64,000 nt of DNA, taken from positions 14,952 through 78,951 of the forward strand of contig JBGPGO010000016.1 in NCBI GenBank assembly GCA_041483895.1, written 5' to 3'. Both the position numbers and the translations under genes were made by a program. The notes under the pieces are model-generated. The model made no database searches. It was not told where the DNA came from and saw only the letters and a program-made list of their open reading frames with translations. Shown here in pieces: positions 46,212 through 56,059 of this stretch (its first letter is position 1; the number at the start of each line of letters is the position of its first letter). Source of the DNA: Fimbriimonadia bacterium (lineage in GTDB: Bacteria > Armatimonadota > Fimbriimonadia > Fimbriimonadales > JABRVX01).

Positions 46212-47507
46212 CTACGGTTCCAGGCCTACGGCTTTGAGCGTGTGCTTGGCGTTTCGCAAGTGATGATCGAGGCTGAGCGCTTGGTCGAGTCCGTGTGCGC
46301 CGAGAAGCTCGCACACCTTTGGTTCGCTTTCCAACGCTTCGCGGAAGCTGCCTCCGGCCCAGGCGGCTGACGCTGCCCGCTGAACGATAGCATATCCCTC
46401 TTCCCTTGGCAATCCCTTTTGGACGAGCGCCAACATGACATGCTCGCTGAATACCGTGTCGCCCAGGAGGCGCAGGTTGGCCATCATTCGCTCTTTGTCT
46501 GCGCGGAGGCCTTGGAGGATGGAATTGAGCTTCGTTACCATGAAATGGATCAGGTGGAAGCTGTCCGGCAGGATGATCCGCTCCACGCTGGAGTTGCTGA
46601 GATCGCGCTCATGCCAGGTGGCGACGCTCTCCAACATCGCCAGGGCGTTTCCGCGAAGAACGCGGGCGAGGCCGCAGAGGGTCTCGCTGTTCCACGGATT
46701 CTTTTTGTGCGGCATGGCGCTGGAGCCTGTTTGGCCCTGCGAGAACCCTTCCTCGACCTCGCTTATCTCCGTGCGTTGCAGGTTCCTCAGCTCGGTCGCG
46801 ATCCGCTCGATGGTTGCGCCGAGGCCCGCGAGGCAATTGAGCAAGTTCGCATGGCGGTCGCGGCTCACGATCTGCGTCGCGGCCGGATCCGGTCTCAGCC
46901 CCAACTGAGTGCAGACCGTCGCTTCGATTCTTGGATCCAGCGTCCCATGGATGCCGACCGCGCCGGATATCTTGCCTACAGACAACTCCTCCTGGCAACG
47001 CACAAGGCGACCCGACCAGCGGGACAGTTCAGCGTGCCACCCGGCAACTTTGAACCCGAAGGTGATCGGCTCGGCATGGATGCCGTGGGTGCGGCCCATC
47101 ATCGGCGTCTCCACATGCTCCTTCGCCATCCGGCCCACCGTCGATTTCAGATTCGTCAAGGCGCCGTTGACAACCGACAACGACTCTCCCAGCATCAGCG
47201 CAAGCGAAGTGTCGATGATGTCGTAGGACGTGACGCCGAAGTGGACATATCGTCCGGCGGGCCCCACCTCCTCCGCCACGTTGCGCACGAACGCCATCAG
47301 GTCGTGGCGGGTCTCCCTTTCCAACTCCGCCATTCGTCCCAGATCGAATTTCGCCTTGCTCTTGATCTCCGCGACGGCCTCCGCCGGGATCAGCCCTTCT
47401 TCCGCCAGAGCCTCACAGACAGCGATCTCCACCCGCAGCCAGGTTCGAGTCCGCGCTTCCAAATTCCAGATTGCATCGATTTCCGGGGTGCTGTATCGTT
47501 CAATCAT
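46212..47507 (-). CDS. purB: Adenylosuccinate lyase
   Basis: MIERYS, GRTHGIHAEP, GSSAMPHKKNP, HERDLSNSS. Confidence 0.97.
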   Translation of the reverse strand: MIERYSTPEIDAIWNLEARTRTWLRVEIAVCEALAEEGLIPAEAVAEIKSKAKFDLGRMAELERETRHDLMAFVRNVAEEVGPAGRYVHFGVTSYDIIDTSLALMLGESLSVVNGALTNLKSTVGRMAKEHVETPMMGRTHGIHAEPITFGFKVAGWHAELSRWSGRLVRCQEELSVGKISGAVGIHGTLDPRIEATVCTQLGLRPDPAATQIVSRDRHANLLNCLAGLGATIERIATELRNLQRTEISEVEEGFSQGQTGSSAMPHKKNPWNSETLCGLARVLRGNALAMLESVATWHERDLSNSSVERIILPDSFHLIHFMVTKLNSILQGLRADKERMMANLRLLGDTVFSEHVMLALVQKGLPREEGYAIVQRAASAAWAGGSFREALESEPKVCELLGAHGLDQALSLDHHLRNAKHTLKAVGLEP

Positions 47508-47513
47508 CGGCTC

Positions 47514-48107
47514 TTACGGTACCCCCAACACGGTGAGGAATGTCGGCACGTCATGAGGCGCCGAAACCTCGAGCCCTTCGCCTACCGATCGGATGGCCCG
47601 GCCCAGCACCGATCCCTCTTCTCGCGTCCAGTGGATCAGCGTCCGCCTCCAAGGCGAGCGCTTGATGACCGCCGTTCCGATCCATCCGGTCTGGACCTGT
47701 TTGAACCGCGTGACCACGATGGCGTCGCCGAACCGCAACCGGACCTCCGGCTCTTTGGCCGCCTTCCCGTATGCGACCTTTGGTTCCGCTGCCGCCAACT
47801 CGGGTACCCCACTCGCCATTGCCGCAAATCGAAGGTATGTGTCCAGTTCCGGCCCAACGATTCGCACAATGCGTTCCGTCACAACCACGCGATAGCGGCA
47901 GGCCGACATTCGATCGAGAGCATCCGAAGCGAGCATCAGCGCGTCCGCACAGTCATCGCACCCCTCAAGATGCTGCAAACCCGCCGGATCAGCGAGGCCG
48001 GCAGCAAGCTCCTCATCCCCCAGGCAGTCGCCAACCGCCGCGCCGCTGCCGCGCAATCCGGCGCGGATCAGGCGCTCCAGTTGCTCCCATTCGCCGTTTC
48101 TAGCCAT
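47514..48107 (-). CDS. Putative soluble zinc-binding anti-sigma factor
   Basis: HLEGCDDC (HxxxCxxC) motif, overlaps the sigma factor gene, no TM helix seen. Confidence 0.6.
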   Translation of the reverse strand: MARNGEWEQLERLIRAGLRGSGAAVGDCLGDEELAAGLADPAGLQHLEGCDDCADALMLASDALDRMSACRYRVVVTERIVRIVGPELDTYLRFAAMASGVPELAAAEPKVAYGKAAKEPEVRLRFGDAIVVTRFKQVQTGWIGTAVIKRSPWRRTLIHWTREEGSVLGRAIRSVGEGLEVSAPHDVPTFLTVLGVP

Positions 48108-48684
48108 CGTCTTCCTCTTGCATCAGCTTTCTCAATTCGACCAGATTTCTATGGTGGATCTGCCGCACCGATGCCTGCGTGCGGCCCAAATCCCGCGCAA
48201 TGACGTCATACCCATCGTCCGACCAATACCGCCTGCGAATAAGCCCCCGGCACTCCGCATGTTCCAACCGGCCGATCATTTGCAGCAGCGCAACCCGCGT
48301 TGGCACCCGGCCCAGATCGGCATCGGCGACCGCGTACTCTTCCAACTTCTCTTCCCGTACGTGCCCGGCAAGAGCCGCGTTCCTTCGCGCCAATCGCCCG
48401 GCGACAACCGCCAGCCAATGCTGGAACGGGGTCCCCGGACGAGCCGCAAACGTCCTCAATCGATTCCATCCCGAATCACCCTTCAGGTGAACGTACAGAT
48501 CTGACAGCAGGTCCCCAATCGGCATTTTGCATCGGCCCGCTACCGTTCGCAAGAGCGGCTCGTTGCGGGCGGTCAATTCTTTCCATAACTCGTTCGCCTC
48601 CTCGTCCGCGGCATCGGGGATGCGGGCGGCCAGCCGTTCGTCCGTTTCCCCCTTCAGCCCCCTAGACTCGTGCAGCGCGCTCAT
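48100..48684 (-). CDS. ECF-type sigma-70 factor
   Basis: Region 2 (F.HWLAVVA.R) and region 4 ([21 protein letters not shown]) only. Confidence 0.75.
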   Translation of the reverse strand: MSALHESRGLKGETDERLAARIPDAADEEANELWKELTARNEPLLRTVAGRCKMPIGDLLSDLYVHLKGDSGWNRLRTFAARPGTPFQHWLAVVAGRLARRNAALAGHVREEKLEEYAVADADLGRVPTRVALLQMIGRLEHAECRGLIRRRYWSDDGYDVIARDLGRTQASVRQIHHRNLVELRKLMQEEDDG

Positions 48685-48693
48685 TTGTGACAG

Positions 48694-49173
48694 CTACTCG
48701 AGACTTTTTTTCGCGACGGCATCGGCCATGTCGGATTTCATCTGTTTGAACCTGTCTGTGAGGCCGGGATCGGCGGTGGCGAGGATTTGGATCGCAAGCA
48801 GTGCGGCGTTCTTCGCGCCGTCGATGGCGACGGTGGCAACTGGCACCCCCGGCGGCATCTGCACGGTGGCGAGGAGGGCGTCTTGCCCCTGCAGTGCGCC
48901 GGCCGAGATGGGGATGCCGATGACGGGCAGGTGGGTTTGGGCGGCGACCGCGCCGGCGAGATGAGCGGCGACCCCGGCGGCGCATATGAAGACCTTAATG
49001 CCTCTGCCTGGCGCCGCGTCGACGTATTCGGTGAGCAGACGCGGCGCGCGATGGGCGCTGATCACCTGCCGCTCGAACGGCACCTCAAAGGACCGGAGCG
49101 CTTCGTAGGCCGGCTCCAGTTTCGGGTTGTCGGATTCGGAACCCATCAGGATGGCAATGAGAGGATTGTTCAT
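48694..49173 (-). CDS. purE: N5-CAIR mutase
   Basis: [28 protein letters not shown]. Confidence 0.97.
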   Translation of the reverse strand: MNNPLIAILMGSESDNPKLEPAYEALRSFEVPFERQVISAHRAPRLLTEYVDAAPGRGIKVFICAAGVAAHLAGAVAAQTHLPVIGIPISAGALQGQDALLATVQMPPGVPVATVAIDGAKNAALLAIQILATADPGLTDRFKQMKSDMADAVAKKSLE

Positions 49174-49221
49174 TCCGTTGCAGTTTTACCCGGACGGGTG
49201 GTTGCCGGGCACGCGCGGATG

Positions 49222-50493
49222 TCACGTGGTCGGGAACAGACCGATGTCTCTTCTGTAATTCATCCCCTCAAATGAAATCAGACGGACTGCCTCGTACGCT
49301 CGAGATCGTGCATGGGCAAGAGATGATCCGGTGGCGCTGACGGTGAGCACTCGACCGGCGGCGGTCACTAAGCGGCCGTCTTGCATCGCGGTCCCGGCAT
49401 GGAATATGATCACATCGTCCAGCATCGCGCAGTGCTCCAAACCAGAGATCGGCTTTCCCTTCTCGTACATACCGGGATAGCCGCCGGATGCCAATGTAAT
49501 CGCGATGCAGTGGGACTGCGATAGCATATCTGGCGACGGGGGCGCATTGCCGATCGCAAGCGCGTACAGCAAGGAACCCCAATCGCGATCATCAAGTCGC
49601 ACCAACGTCTGGGTTTCCGGATCCCCGAAGCGGCAGTTGTACTCCAGACATTTCGGCCCATCGGCGGTCCGAATCAGCCCCGCGAACAGTGACCCGACGA
49701 ACAGCCGGCCCTCCGCAGCGAGCGCCACAGCCGCCGCGTCACAAAACTCTTTGCCCCAGTCGCGCAGCGTCCCGTCATCGATCTCCCCAACCAGCGTCCG
49801 CGCTCCCATGCCACCGGTGTTGGGGCCCTCATCGCCATCACAGGCGCGTTTGTAATCCTGAATGGGCGGCAGCAGAACCCCGCCGCCCTCACCCCGCAGA
49901 GAAAAAATGGAAACCTCCGCACCGGACAGCCGCTCCTCTATGACCACCGTCTCTCCCGCCTCGCCGAACGCGCGGTCCACCATCATCTCGTGGATCGCCG
50001 CGAGCGCCTCCTCGAGCGTCGAGGTGACGACCGCGCCTTTCCCAAACGCCTCACCGTCGGCCTTGACAACTAGCTTCCTACCAGCGGCATATTGGGCTTC
50101 GGCATACGCCCGTGCCTTTGCCGCGTCCGTGAACGACTCGAATGAGGCCGTCGGAATGTCGTGTTCGCGCATCAATCGCTTTGAAAACGCCTTGCTGCCC
50201 TCGACCTCGGCGGCCGCGGCGCTCGGACCGAACACCGCAACCCCTTGCCCCCGAAGATGGTCGGCCAGCCCCGCGATCAGAGGGCCCTCCGGCCCAATCA
50301 CGACGAGGTCGATGCCCAACTCCCGACAGTAGTCGGAAATCCCATCGAAATCGGCGTGTGGGAGATTCTCCGCACACTGCGCTGTCCCAGGATTACCCGG
50401 AACGCAAAACACTTTGCGGACGGATGGGGCGATCGACAACTTCCAGCAGAGGGCATGTTCGCGCCCGCCGCCGCCGACCACCAAAATCCTCAC
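49222..50493 (-). CDS. purD: Phosphoribosylamine--glycine ligase
   Basis: GGGGREHA, GPEGPL, EGSKAF, GPNTGGMG, EYNCRFGDPE. Confidence 0.97.
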   Translation of the reverse strand: MRILVVGGGGREHALCWKLSIAPSVRKVFCVPGNPGTAQCAENLPHADFDGISDYCRELGIDLVVIGPEGPLIAGLADHLRGQGVAVFGPSAAAAEVEGSKAFSKRLMREHDIPTASFESFTDAAKARAYAEAQYAAGRKLVVKADGEAFGKGAVVTSTLEEALAAIHEMMVDRAFGEAGETVVIEERLSGAEVSIFSLRGEGGGVLLPPIQDYKRACDGDEGPNTGGMGARTLVGEIDDGTLRDWGKEFCDAAAVALAAEGRLFVGSLFAGLIRTADGPKCLEYNCRFGDPETQTLVRLDDRDWGSLLYALAIGNAPPSPDMLSQSHCIAITLASGGYPGMYEKGKPISGLEHCAMLDDVIIFHAGTAMQDGRLVTAAGRVLTVSATGSSLAHARSRAYEAVRLISFEGMNYRRDIGLFPTT

Positions 50494-51866
50494 TCGCCGC
50501 CCCGTTCGTAGGAAAGGAACCGAGCAAATTCCGGCTGGAACGCCAATGTCACGAGCCCCGTCGGTCCATTGCGGTGCTTGGCCAAGTTCACTTCGACCTT
50601 ATCGGTGGAGGTACCGTCAGAAGGCTTGTACTGCTCTTCGTCGCTGTCTTCCCCGTCCCCGGCGCGCTTGTAATAGGAATCGCGGTACATCATCAGTACA
50701 AGGTCCGCCTCGGCCTCGATCGAGCCGGATTCCCGCAGGTCGCTCAGCATGGGCCGCTTATTCTCCCGATGCTCCACGTTTCTGGAGAGCTGGGACAGGG
50801 CGATCACCGGGACCTCCAGCTCTTTGGCGATGCGCTTGAGGCCGCGGGCGATCTCCCCAATCTCCTGCGTCCGGTTCTCAGTTCTGCTGGCAGAGCGCAT
50901 GAGCTGCAGGTAGTCCACGACAATCAGCCCAAGGCCGTGCTCGGTCCGAAGCCGCCGGCATTTTGCGAGAACCTCCAACGTCGAGAGTTCGGAGCTGTCA
51001 TCGATCCAGAGCGGAATTTTGTAGAGCCTGTCGGCGGCCTCATGAATCTTCTGAAAATCCTCGGTCCGCAGGTTCACCGTCCGCGTTCGCTGGGAATTGA
51101 CCGGGGCTTGGGAGCAGATCATGCGTTGGACCAGTTGCGATGCTGACATTTCCAAAGAGAAGAACGCGACCGGCAACTGCTGCCGGAGCGCGATATTCAT
51201 GGCAATGTGCAGAACCAAAGCCGTCTTTCCCACCGATGGCCGTGCGGCGACGATGATGAAGTCCGAAGCGTACAGCCCCGTCGTGAGCTGATCAAGATCG
51301 GCAAATCCTGTCGGGATTCCCATCTGCTTCTTGCCCGTGTCGAAAGCCTCTTGAACCTGCTCGAAGTACTCATGGATCAGGTCGTTCGCGCTCTGGAACA
51401 TTCGCCCGATGCGGCGTTGGCCGGCCTCCATGATTTTGTGCTCGGCCATATCGAACACGGCCTGGAAATCGCGGTCGGAATGAACCAAGGCGCGTATCTC
51501 ATCTGAGGCGGATAAAAGCGAGCGGAGCATGCTGTTCCGGCGCACGAGCTCGGCGTAGTGGCCCGCGTTCGCGGCTGTCGGGACAGTGTCCACCAACTGC
51601 GTCAGGTAGTCGATGCCGCCGGAATCTTCCAGAACCCCCCGGTGAAGCAGCTCATCTTTCACGGTGATCACGTCCACCGGCTCGCTGCGATCGACGAGGG
51701 AGCAGATGGCGTCGAAGATGGTCTGATGGATGGGGCGGTAGAAGTCCTGCTGTTTGCACCGTTCGAGCGCAAGCTCGACGGCGTTGGGGCTCACCATCAT
51801 GGACCCGAGAACCGACATCTCGGCCTCTAGGTCGTGGGGCGGTAGGACTTGCGCCGCCGTGACCAC
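50490..51866 (-). CDS. dnaB: Replicative DNA helicase
   Basis: AARPSVGKT, FSLEM, VDYLQL, LSDLRESGSIE, KHRNGP. Confidence 0.98.
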   Translation of the reverse strand: MVTAAQVLPPHDLEAEMSVLGSMMVSPNAVELALERCKQQDFYRPIHQTIFDAICSLVDRSEPVDVITVKDELLHRGVLEDSGGIDYLTQLVDTVPTAANAGHYAELVRRNSMLRSLLSASDEIRALVHSDRDFQAVFDMAEHKIMEAGQRRIGRMFQSANDLIHEYFEQVQEAFDTGKKQMGIPTGFADLDQLTTGLYASDFIIVAARPSVGKTALVLHIAMNIALRQQLPVAFFSLEMSASQLVQRMICSQAPVNSQRTRTVNLRTEDFQKIHEAADRLYKIPLWIDDSSELSTLEVLAKCRRLRTEHGLGLIVVDYLQLMRSASRTENRTQEIGEIARGLKRIAKELEVPVIALSQLSRNVEHRENKRPMLSDLRESGSIEAEADLVLMMYRDSYYKRAGDGEDSDEEQYKPSDGTSTDKVEVNLAKHRNGPTGLVTLAFQPEFARFLSYERGGE

Positions 51867-51868
51867 GG

Positions 51869-52324
51869 CTAGGCCTCTACGGTGGTGATTTCTACCGTAA
51901 TGTTCGCGTCGATGTCCTTGTGCAGATGCACTGAGACGGAATGGCTCCCGGCAATCTTGATCGGATGCAGCAGTCCGATATTGCGTTTATCGACATCCAC
52001 ATTGAGCTTCTGTTTTATCGCGGCCGCGATATCGGCCGCCGTGATAGCCCCAAACAGCTTGGTGGAGTTCTTTGCGGTCCGGCCGTCCAGGGTAATCGTC
52101 TGACCGTCCACCTTGGCCTTCATGTCCTCGGCCTGCAGTTGCAGAATGTCGGACTTCTTATCTACCATTTTGACGCGGCCTTCATGCGCCTTGCGATTTG
52201 CGCGCGTTGCCTCATGCGCCATGCCTGTGGGGATCAGGAAGTTTCGGGCGTAGCCATCGGCCACCTTGACGATGTCCCCTGCCCTGCCGACCTTCGCGAT
52301 GGTCTGATTGAGAATGATGTCCAT
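51869..52324 (-). CDS. rplI: 50S ribosomal protein L9
   Basis: VADGYARNFLIP, KLFGAIT. Confidence 0.97.
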   Translation of the reverse strand: MDIILNQTIAKVGRAGDIVKVADGYARNFLIPTGMAHEATRANRKAHEGRVKMVDKKSDILQLQAEDMKAKVDGQTITLDGRTAKNSTKLFGAITAADIAAAIKQKLNVDVDKRNIGLLHPIKIAGSHSVSVHLHKDIDANITVEITTVEA

Positions 52325-52339
52325 ATCTTGTCCTACCTT

Positions 52340-53749
52340 TTACCGCTCGACGGACACGCCGAACACAAAATCATTATCTTGGAATAGTCGGTCGAAACCG
52401 AAATATGCTCCCCAATTTGGGCCCATTCTGAACCGAGATCGCAGGTTCAGGGTGGCATCGTTCGGATCAAATAGGTCCGCGGACAAGCTGACCCGATGCG
52501 ATAGGTCGTAGTCTACCCCAACCCCGACTTTTGAGGCGTACAGGCCATAGCGGGTCCAGAGATTATCCAAAGCTTTTACCTTGTACTGGAGGTTTATCTT
52601 ATTGGTCTCGGTCGCGTCATACACGCCTGCAAGAGCGTAACTATCCTTACCGATTGGATACAGGACGCTGATGTCCGTCCGGAAAAGCCCGACGCCGGTA
52701 TTTCGCTGGAAGTCGAGCTTGATTTTCGGCTCTTTGAATTTGGGGGTGGAGATGGTCGGCACGCTTTGCGCGATCTCATTGAGGCGGTTTAGCAACCTCT
52801 TGGCCTCATCTGCAACGTCCGCGGCCTGCTCCACAAGGCCGTTGGCTTTCTCCGAGAAGGTTTTTACGTTCGAGGCGATCTCTTTGCCCGTCGCCGCCAT
52901 CTCGTTGCCTTTCGCGGTCAGCTCACTTACGTTTGCCATCGTCGCGTCAATGTTTTGGCGCAGTTTTGGGTCGTCTACCAGTTCGTGCACGGATTGGACG
53001 ATCTTGTTGGTCTTGTCCATCGTGTCCTGGATGGAATCGAGAAGCACCTCGGCGCGGCTTTTCCATTGCGGATCCCGGATGAGATCGGTAGCAGAGGCGA
53101 CGGCCACGGTGGCGTCATGCGTGGCGCTGGCAACATCACGGATGATTCGGTCCAAGATCGCTTCATGGTCGCTGGAGAATTTGTTGAAACGGTGCGCGAG
53201 GAGGGATATCTCGGTACTCGTCTTGTCAGCGTTCGCCAGGATGCTCTTGATGCGGTTTTGATATGCTTGATCGTTCAGCACCTTCTGGAGAGATTTCAAG
53301 GTGTCCTGAAACGCGATCAGGGTTTTCTTGCCCTCAGTAATAATGCCTTCCAGCGATTCGCCGAGAACGCCCTTGATCCGGGAACCCGGTGGCAGGTTGA
53401 CGGTCGAGACGGCGGGCGGAATGATCTCTACCCGCATGTCTGTGGGAAGCAGCACTCCCGTCGGGAGCTTCGCATACGATCCTTCCGGGATAAGCTGGAG
53501 TTTGTTGATGGATAGCGTCGCCTGAGCACGGCGGGCAGTTGCCAGGCGAACTTCGGTCACTGTGCCGATCTCCACGCCGGTCATCATCACCTTGGCCCCT
53601 CGTGTTAGCCCACCGGCGTTATCCAGATCGACATAGATGGTGTAGGTTGAGGCCTGTTTGAATTTGGCGCCGAACAGGGTATAGACGCCATACGACAGGC
53701 CGAGGAAGATCAGCACGAGCAGACCCACTTTCCAACCGGCAGCTTGCAT
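52340..53749 (-). CDS. mlaD: MlaD/MCE protein with long helical region and beta-rich C-terminus
   Basis: KVGL, AGGL..GAKV...GVEIGTV; coiled coil; alternating aromatic strands at the C-terminus. Confidence 0.85.
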   Translation of the reverse strand: MQAAGWKVGLLVLIFLGLSYGVYTLFGAKFKQASTYTIYVDLDNAGGLTRGAKVMMTGVEIGTVTEVRLATARRAQATLSINKLQLIPEGSYAKLPTGVLLPTDMRVEIIPPAVSTVNLPPGSRIKGVLGESLEGIITEGKKTLIAFQDTLKSLQKVLNDQAYQNRIKSILANADKTSTEISLLAHRFNKFSSDHEAILDRIIRDVASATHDATVAVASATDLIRDPQWKSRAEVLLDSIQDTMDKTNKIVQSVHELVDDPKLRQNIDATMANVSELTAKGNEMAATGKEIASNVKTFSEKANGLVEQAADVADEAKRLLNRLNEIAQSVPTISTPKFKEPKIKLDFQRNTGVGLFRTDISVLYPIGKDSYALAGVYDATETNKINLQYKVKALDNLWTRYGLYASKVGVGVDYDLSHRVSLSADLFDPNDATLNLRSRFRMGPNWGAYFGFDRLFQDNDFVFGVSVER

Positions 53750-53751
53750 GA

Positions 53752-54513
53752 TTACCCTCCATAACCTTCCAAAGTGTCCGTTCGATAGGCCCGCAACAGG
53801 TCCACCACCTCCGGCGCGCGGCTGTTCATGATCGTGGTTCGATCCCCGAGTTCGATCACCTTGCCCGCCGCGAGGACCGCAATTCTGTCGGCCACGCGAA
53901 AAACGCTGTTCACGTCGTGCGATACAACAACGGAGGTTACCCCCAATCGCCTCTTCATATCGGTTATGAGGTAGTCGATGGAGTAGGCCGTGACCGGGTC
54001 CAGCCCGCTCGTGGGTTCATCGTAGAAGAGAACTTCTGGCCCCGGAGCGATGGCCCTTGCCAAACCGACCCGCTTTCGCATGCCGCCTGACAGCTCATCC
54101 GGATACAGGCCCCCCTTCCCTTCTAACCCAACGAGCTTCAGTTTCTCATCGACCAAGGCCGAGAGCTTCTTCCCCCGCAGTCCCAACAGGCGCTCAACCC
54201 CAAAGGCCACGTTTTCCTGGACCGTCAGGTAATCAAACAGGGCCGCGTATTGGAACACGAACCCCATTCTGCGGCGGAACGGCAGCATCCTCGACTCGCC
54301 TAACCTCCCGATGTCTTCGTTCTTGAACAGCACTTTTCCCGAACTGGGTCGCATCAGGCCCGCCAAGCACCGCAGCAGAGTGGTCTTGCCGCCACCGGAG
54401 GCCCCCATCACCGCAGTAGTTTGACCGGTTGGGAAATCGAGCGTCACTTCATCGAGAACCAGGGTCGCGCCGAATCGGACAGTAAGTGCCTCAATCCGGA
54501 GCAGTCCATCCAT
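53752..54513 (-). CDS. mlaF: MlaF-like ABC ATP-binding protein
   Basis: GASGGGKTT, FQYAALFD, LSGGMRKRVGLARA, YDEPTSGLDP; start placed at ATG 54513. Confidence 0.9.
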   Translation of the reverse strand: MDGLLRIEALTVRFGATLVLDEVTLDFPTGQTTAVMGASGGGKTTLLRCLAGLMRPSSGKVLFKNEDIGRLGESRMLPFRRRMGFVFQYAALFDYLTVQENVAFGVERLLGLRGKKLSALVDEKLKLVGLEGKGGLYPDELSGGMRKRVGLARAIAPGPEVLFYDEPTSGLDPVTAYSIDYLITDMKRRLGVTSVVVSHDVNSVFRVADRIAVLAAGKVIELGDRTTIMNSRAPEVVDLLRAYRTDTLEGYGG

Positions 54514-54622
54514 GCGTGCAATGTACCCCGTCAAAATTTGCTGGGAGCCGCGCCGAGGCCCGCCCAAAGTACCGGATACAATATTGCCGCTGGTTTGTTA
54601 GAATGTACAAAGATCGATTGAG

Positions 54623-55990
54623 GTGAACTCGTTGAAGGTCCTATCTGTAGTTGTTGTTTCCATTCTCGCGGTTACATCCATTGCCCAAATTGTCCCCGCG
54701 AGCCCGGTGCTTCGAGAGCTTTCCCGTCTTTTTGGCTCGAGTTGGACCACGCTTTCTTTGGGCCAGGCCGGCGAATGTTTTGTCGCTACCGACAACCAAG
54801 GGCATGTCTATGTTACGGGGCACCTCTACAATGGTGGGCCAAACGGCATATTTTACGCCTCGTCGGATTGGGGCACGTCGTTTCCGATCAGTCGGCAGTT
54901 CGGCACCGCCTGCTGCGATTTTCAGACTCGCGTCGGGCCGGATGGCCGCGTCTACGTGGTTTATATGAACGATTCGATTACGGGGATGCGGTGCGCGGTT
55001 TCCAGCAATTTTGGCGCGTCGTTCTATCAGGACAAGCAGATATTGTCCGGCAGCTATGACCGCGAATGGTTCGATCTTCGCGGCAGCCAAATCGATATTG
55101 TCTACTCAGACGGCTACATCGGCGGACCGACATCCATCGGCGTCTACTATTCGACGAGCATTAACAACGGCAACACGTTTACCGGGAAGATCCGTGTTGA
55201 CAATGAGGTAACGGGAACACAGGCGGTGGACCCATCGCTGATTTGCAACAACGGCACTATTCTGGCCGGATGGAACACCAGTACGGACAGCAACACCTGT
55301 GCGAAGGTCCGCGTGTCCCGTTCCACGAACGGCGGCATCAGCTTTCAGGACCACACGACGATAGGCACCTTCAATGGCGCGATCGGGGATACGCAGGAAC
55401 GGTGGATGGCGCAGATCCCGATGGTTGCCGCGCCGAACAACGTGTTCTATGTCATCTTCCAGAACTACGCCATGGTCAATGTCGATGGAGTGAACCGCAA
55501 GGCGCTGCTGCTCTACTATCGGCGGTCACACGATGGTGGACAGACCTGGGAACCGGAAAAAACCGTCGCGCCGCTCAGCGACATCAAAGCCTCCATCCGC
55601 AATTATGAGGCGCACAAGGTTACGACGAACGCCGCGATCTTCCCGTACTACATCCAGCATGAGCCATGGGCCTGCATCGATTTGGAAGGGAATGTCCATG
55701 TGGTTTGGTTCGATACGCGGCAAGGCCAGAATTCCACGCAAAACACGAAATGGCAGGTCTACCACGCGCAATGTTCTTCCAGCACGGATGTCTGGAATCA
55801 ACCGGACCCGATCGCTCCAGCGTTCGTATGCGTTATGCCGAACCTTGACTTCATCGGGTGCGCCGGGGACAGCCAGTACGTGTACTGCGCCTGGATACAG
55901 AGGATCAGTCAGACCAGCACTTCATGGTCATTTTACGGCAATATGTTCCTGAGCAGACGGCCGATCCATGCCTACAAGAAGGTTCCGTAG
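54623..55990 (+). CDS. Exported BNR/Asp-box (sialidase-like) beta-propeller, paralog 1
   Basis: Signal peptide; five S.D/N.G.S/T.F/W Asp boxes. Confidence 0.8.
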   Translation: MNSLKVLSVVVVSILAVTSIAQIVPASPVLRELSRLFGSSWTTLSLGQAGECFVATDNQGHVYVTGHLYNGGPNGIFYASSDWGTSFPISRQFGTACCDFQTRVGPDGRVYVVYMNDSITGMRCAVSSNFGASFYQDKQILSGSYDREWFDLRGSQIDIVYSDGYIGGPTSIGVYYSTSINNGNTFTGKIRVDNEVTGTQAVDPSLICNNGTILAGWNTSTDSNTCAKVRVSRSTNGGISFQDHTTIGTFNGAIGDTQERWMAQIPMVAAPNNVFYVIFQNYAMVNVDGVNRKALLLYYRRSHDGGQTWEPEKTVAPLSDIKASIRNYEAHKVTTNAAIFPYYIQHEPWACIDLEGNVHVVWFDTRQGQNSTQNTKWQVYHAQCSSSTDVWNQPDPIAPAFVCVMPNLDFIGCAGDSQYVYCAWIQRISQTSTSWSFYGNMFLSRRPIHAYKKVP

Positions 55991-56059
55991 GCGACGCGGG
56001 TGGGCGCGCCGATTGCCGTCCAATAGACCGGTTACAATCAGGCGAAAGAGGTTAGATCG

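Noticed and set aside
46419..48203. Long antisense ORFs (594 aa here; also 14390-15820, 22680-23876, 5721-6779, 40696-41790)
   Set aside because: They are shadows of well-supported genes on the opposite strand in high-GC DNA and show no recognisable motifs.
50490..51866. Intein in dnaB
   Set aside because: 458 aa is normal length and the motifs are contiguous.
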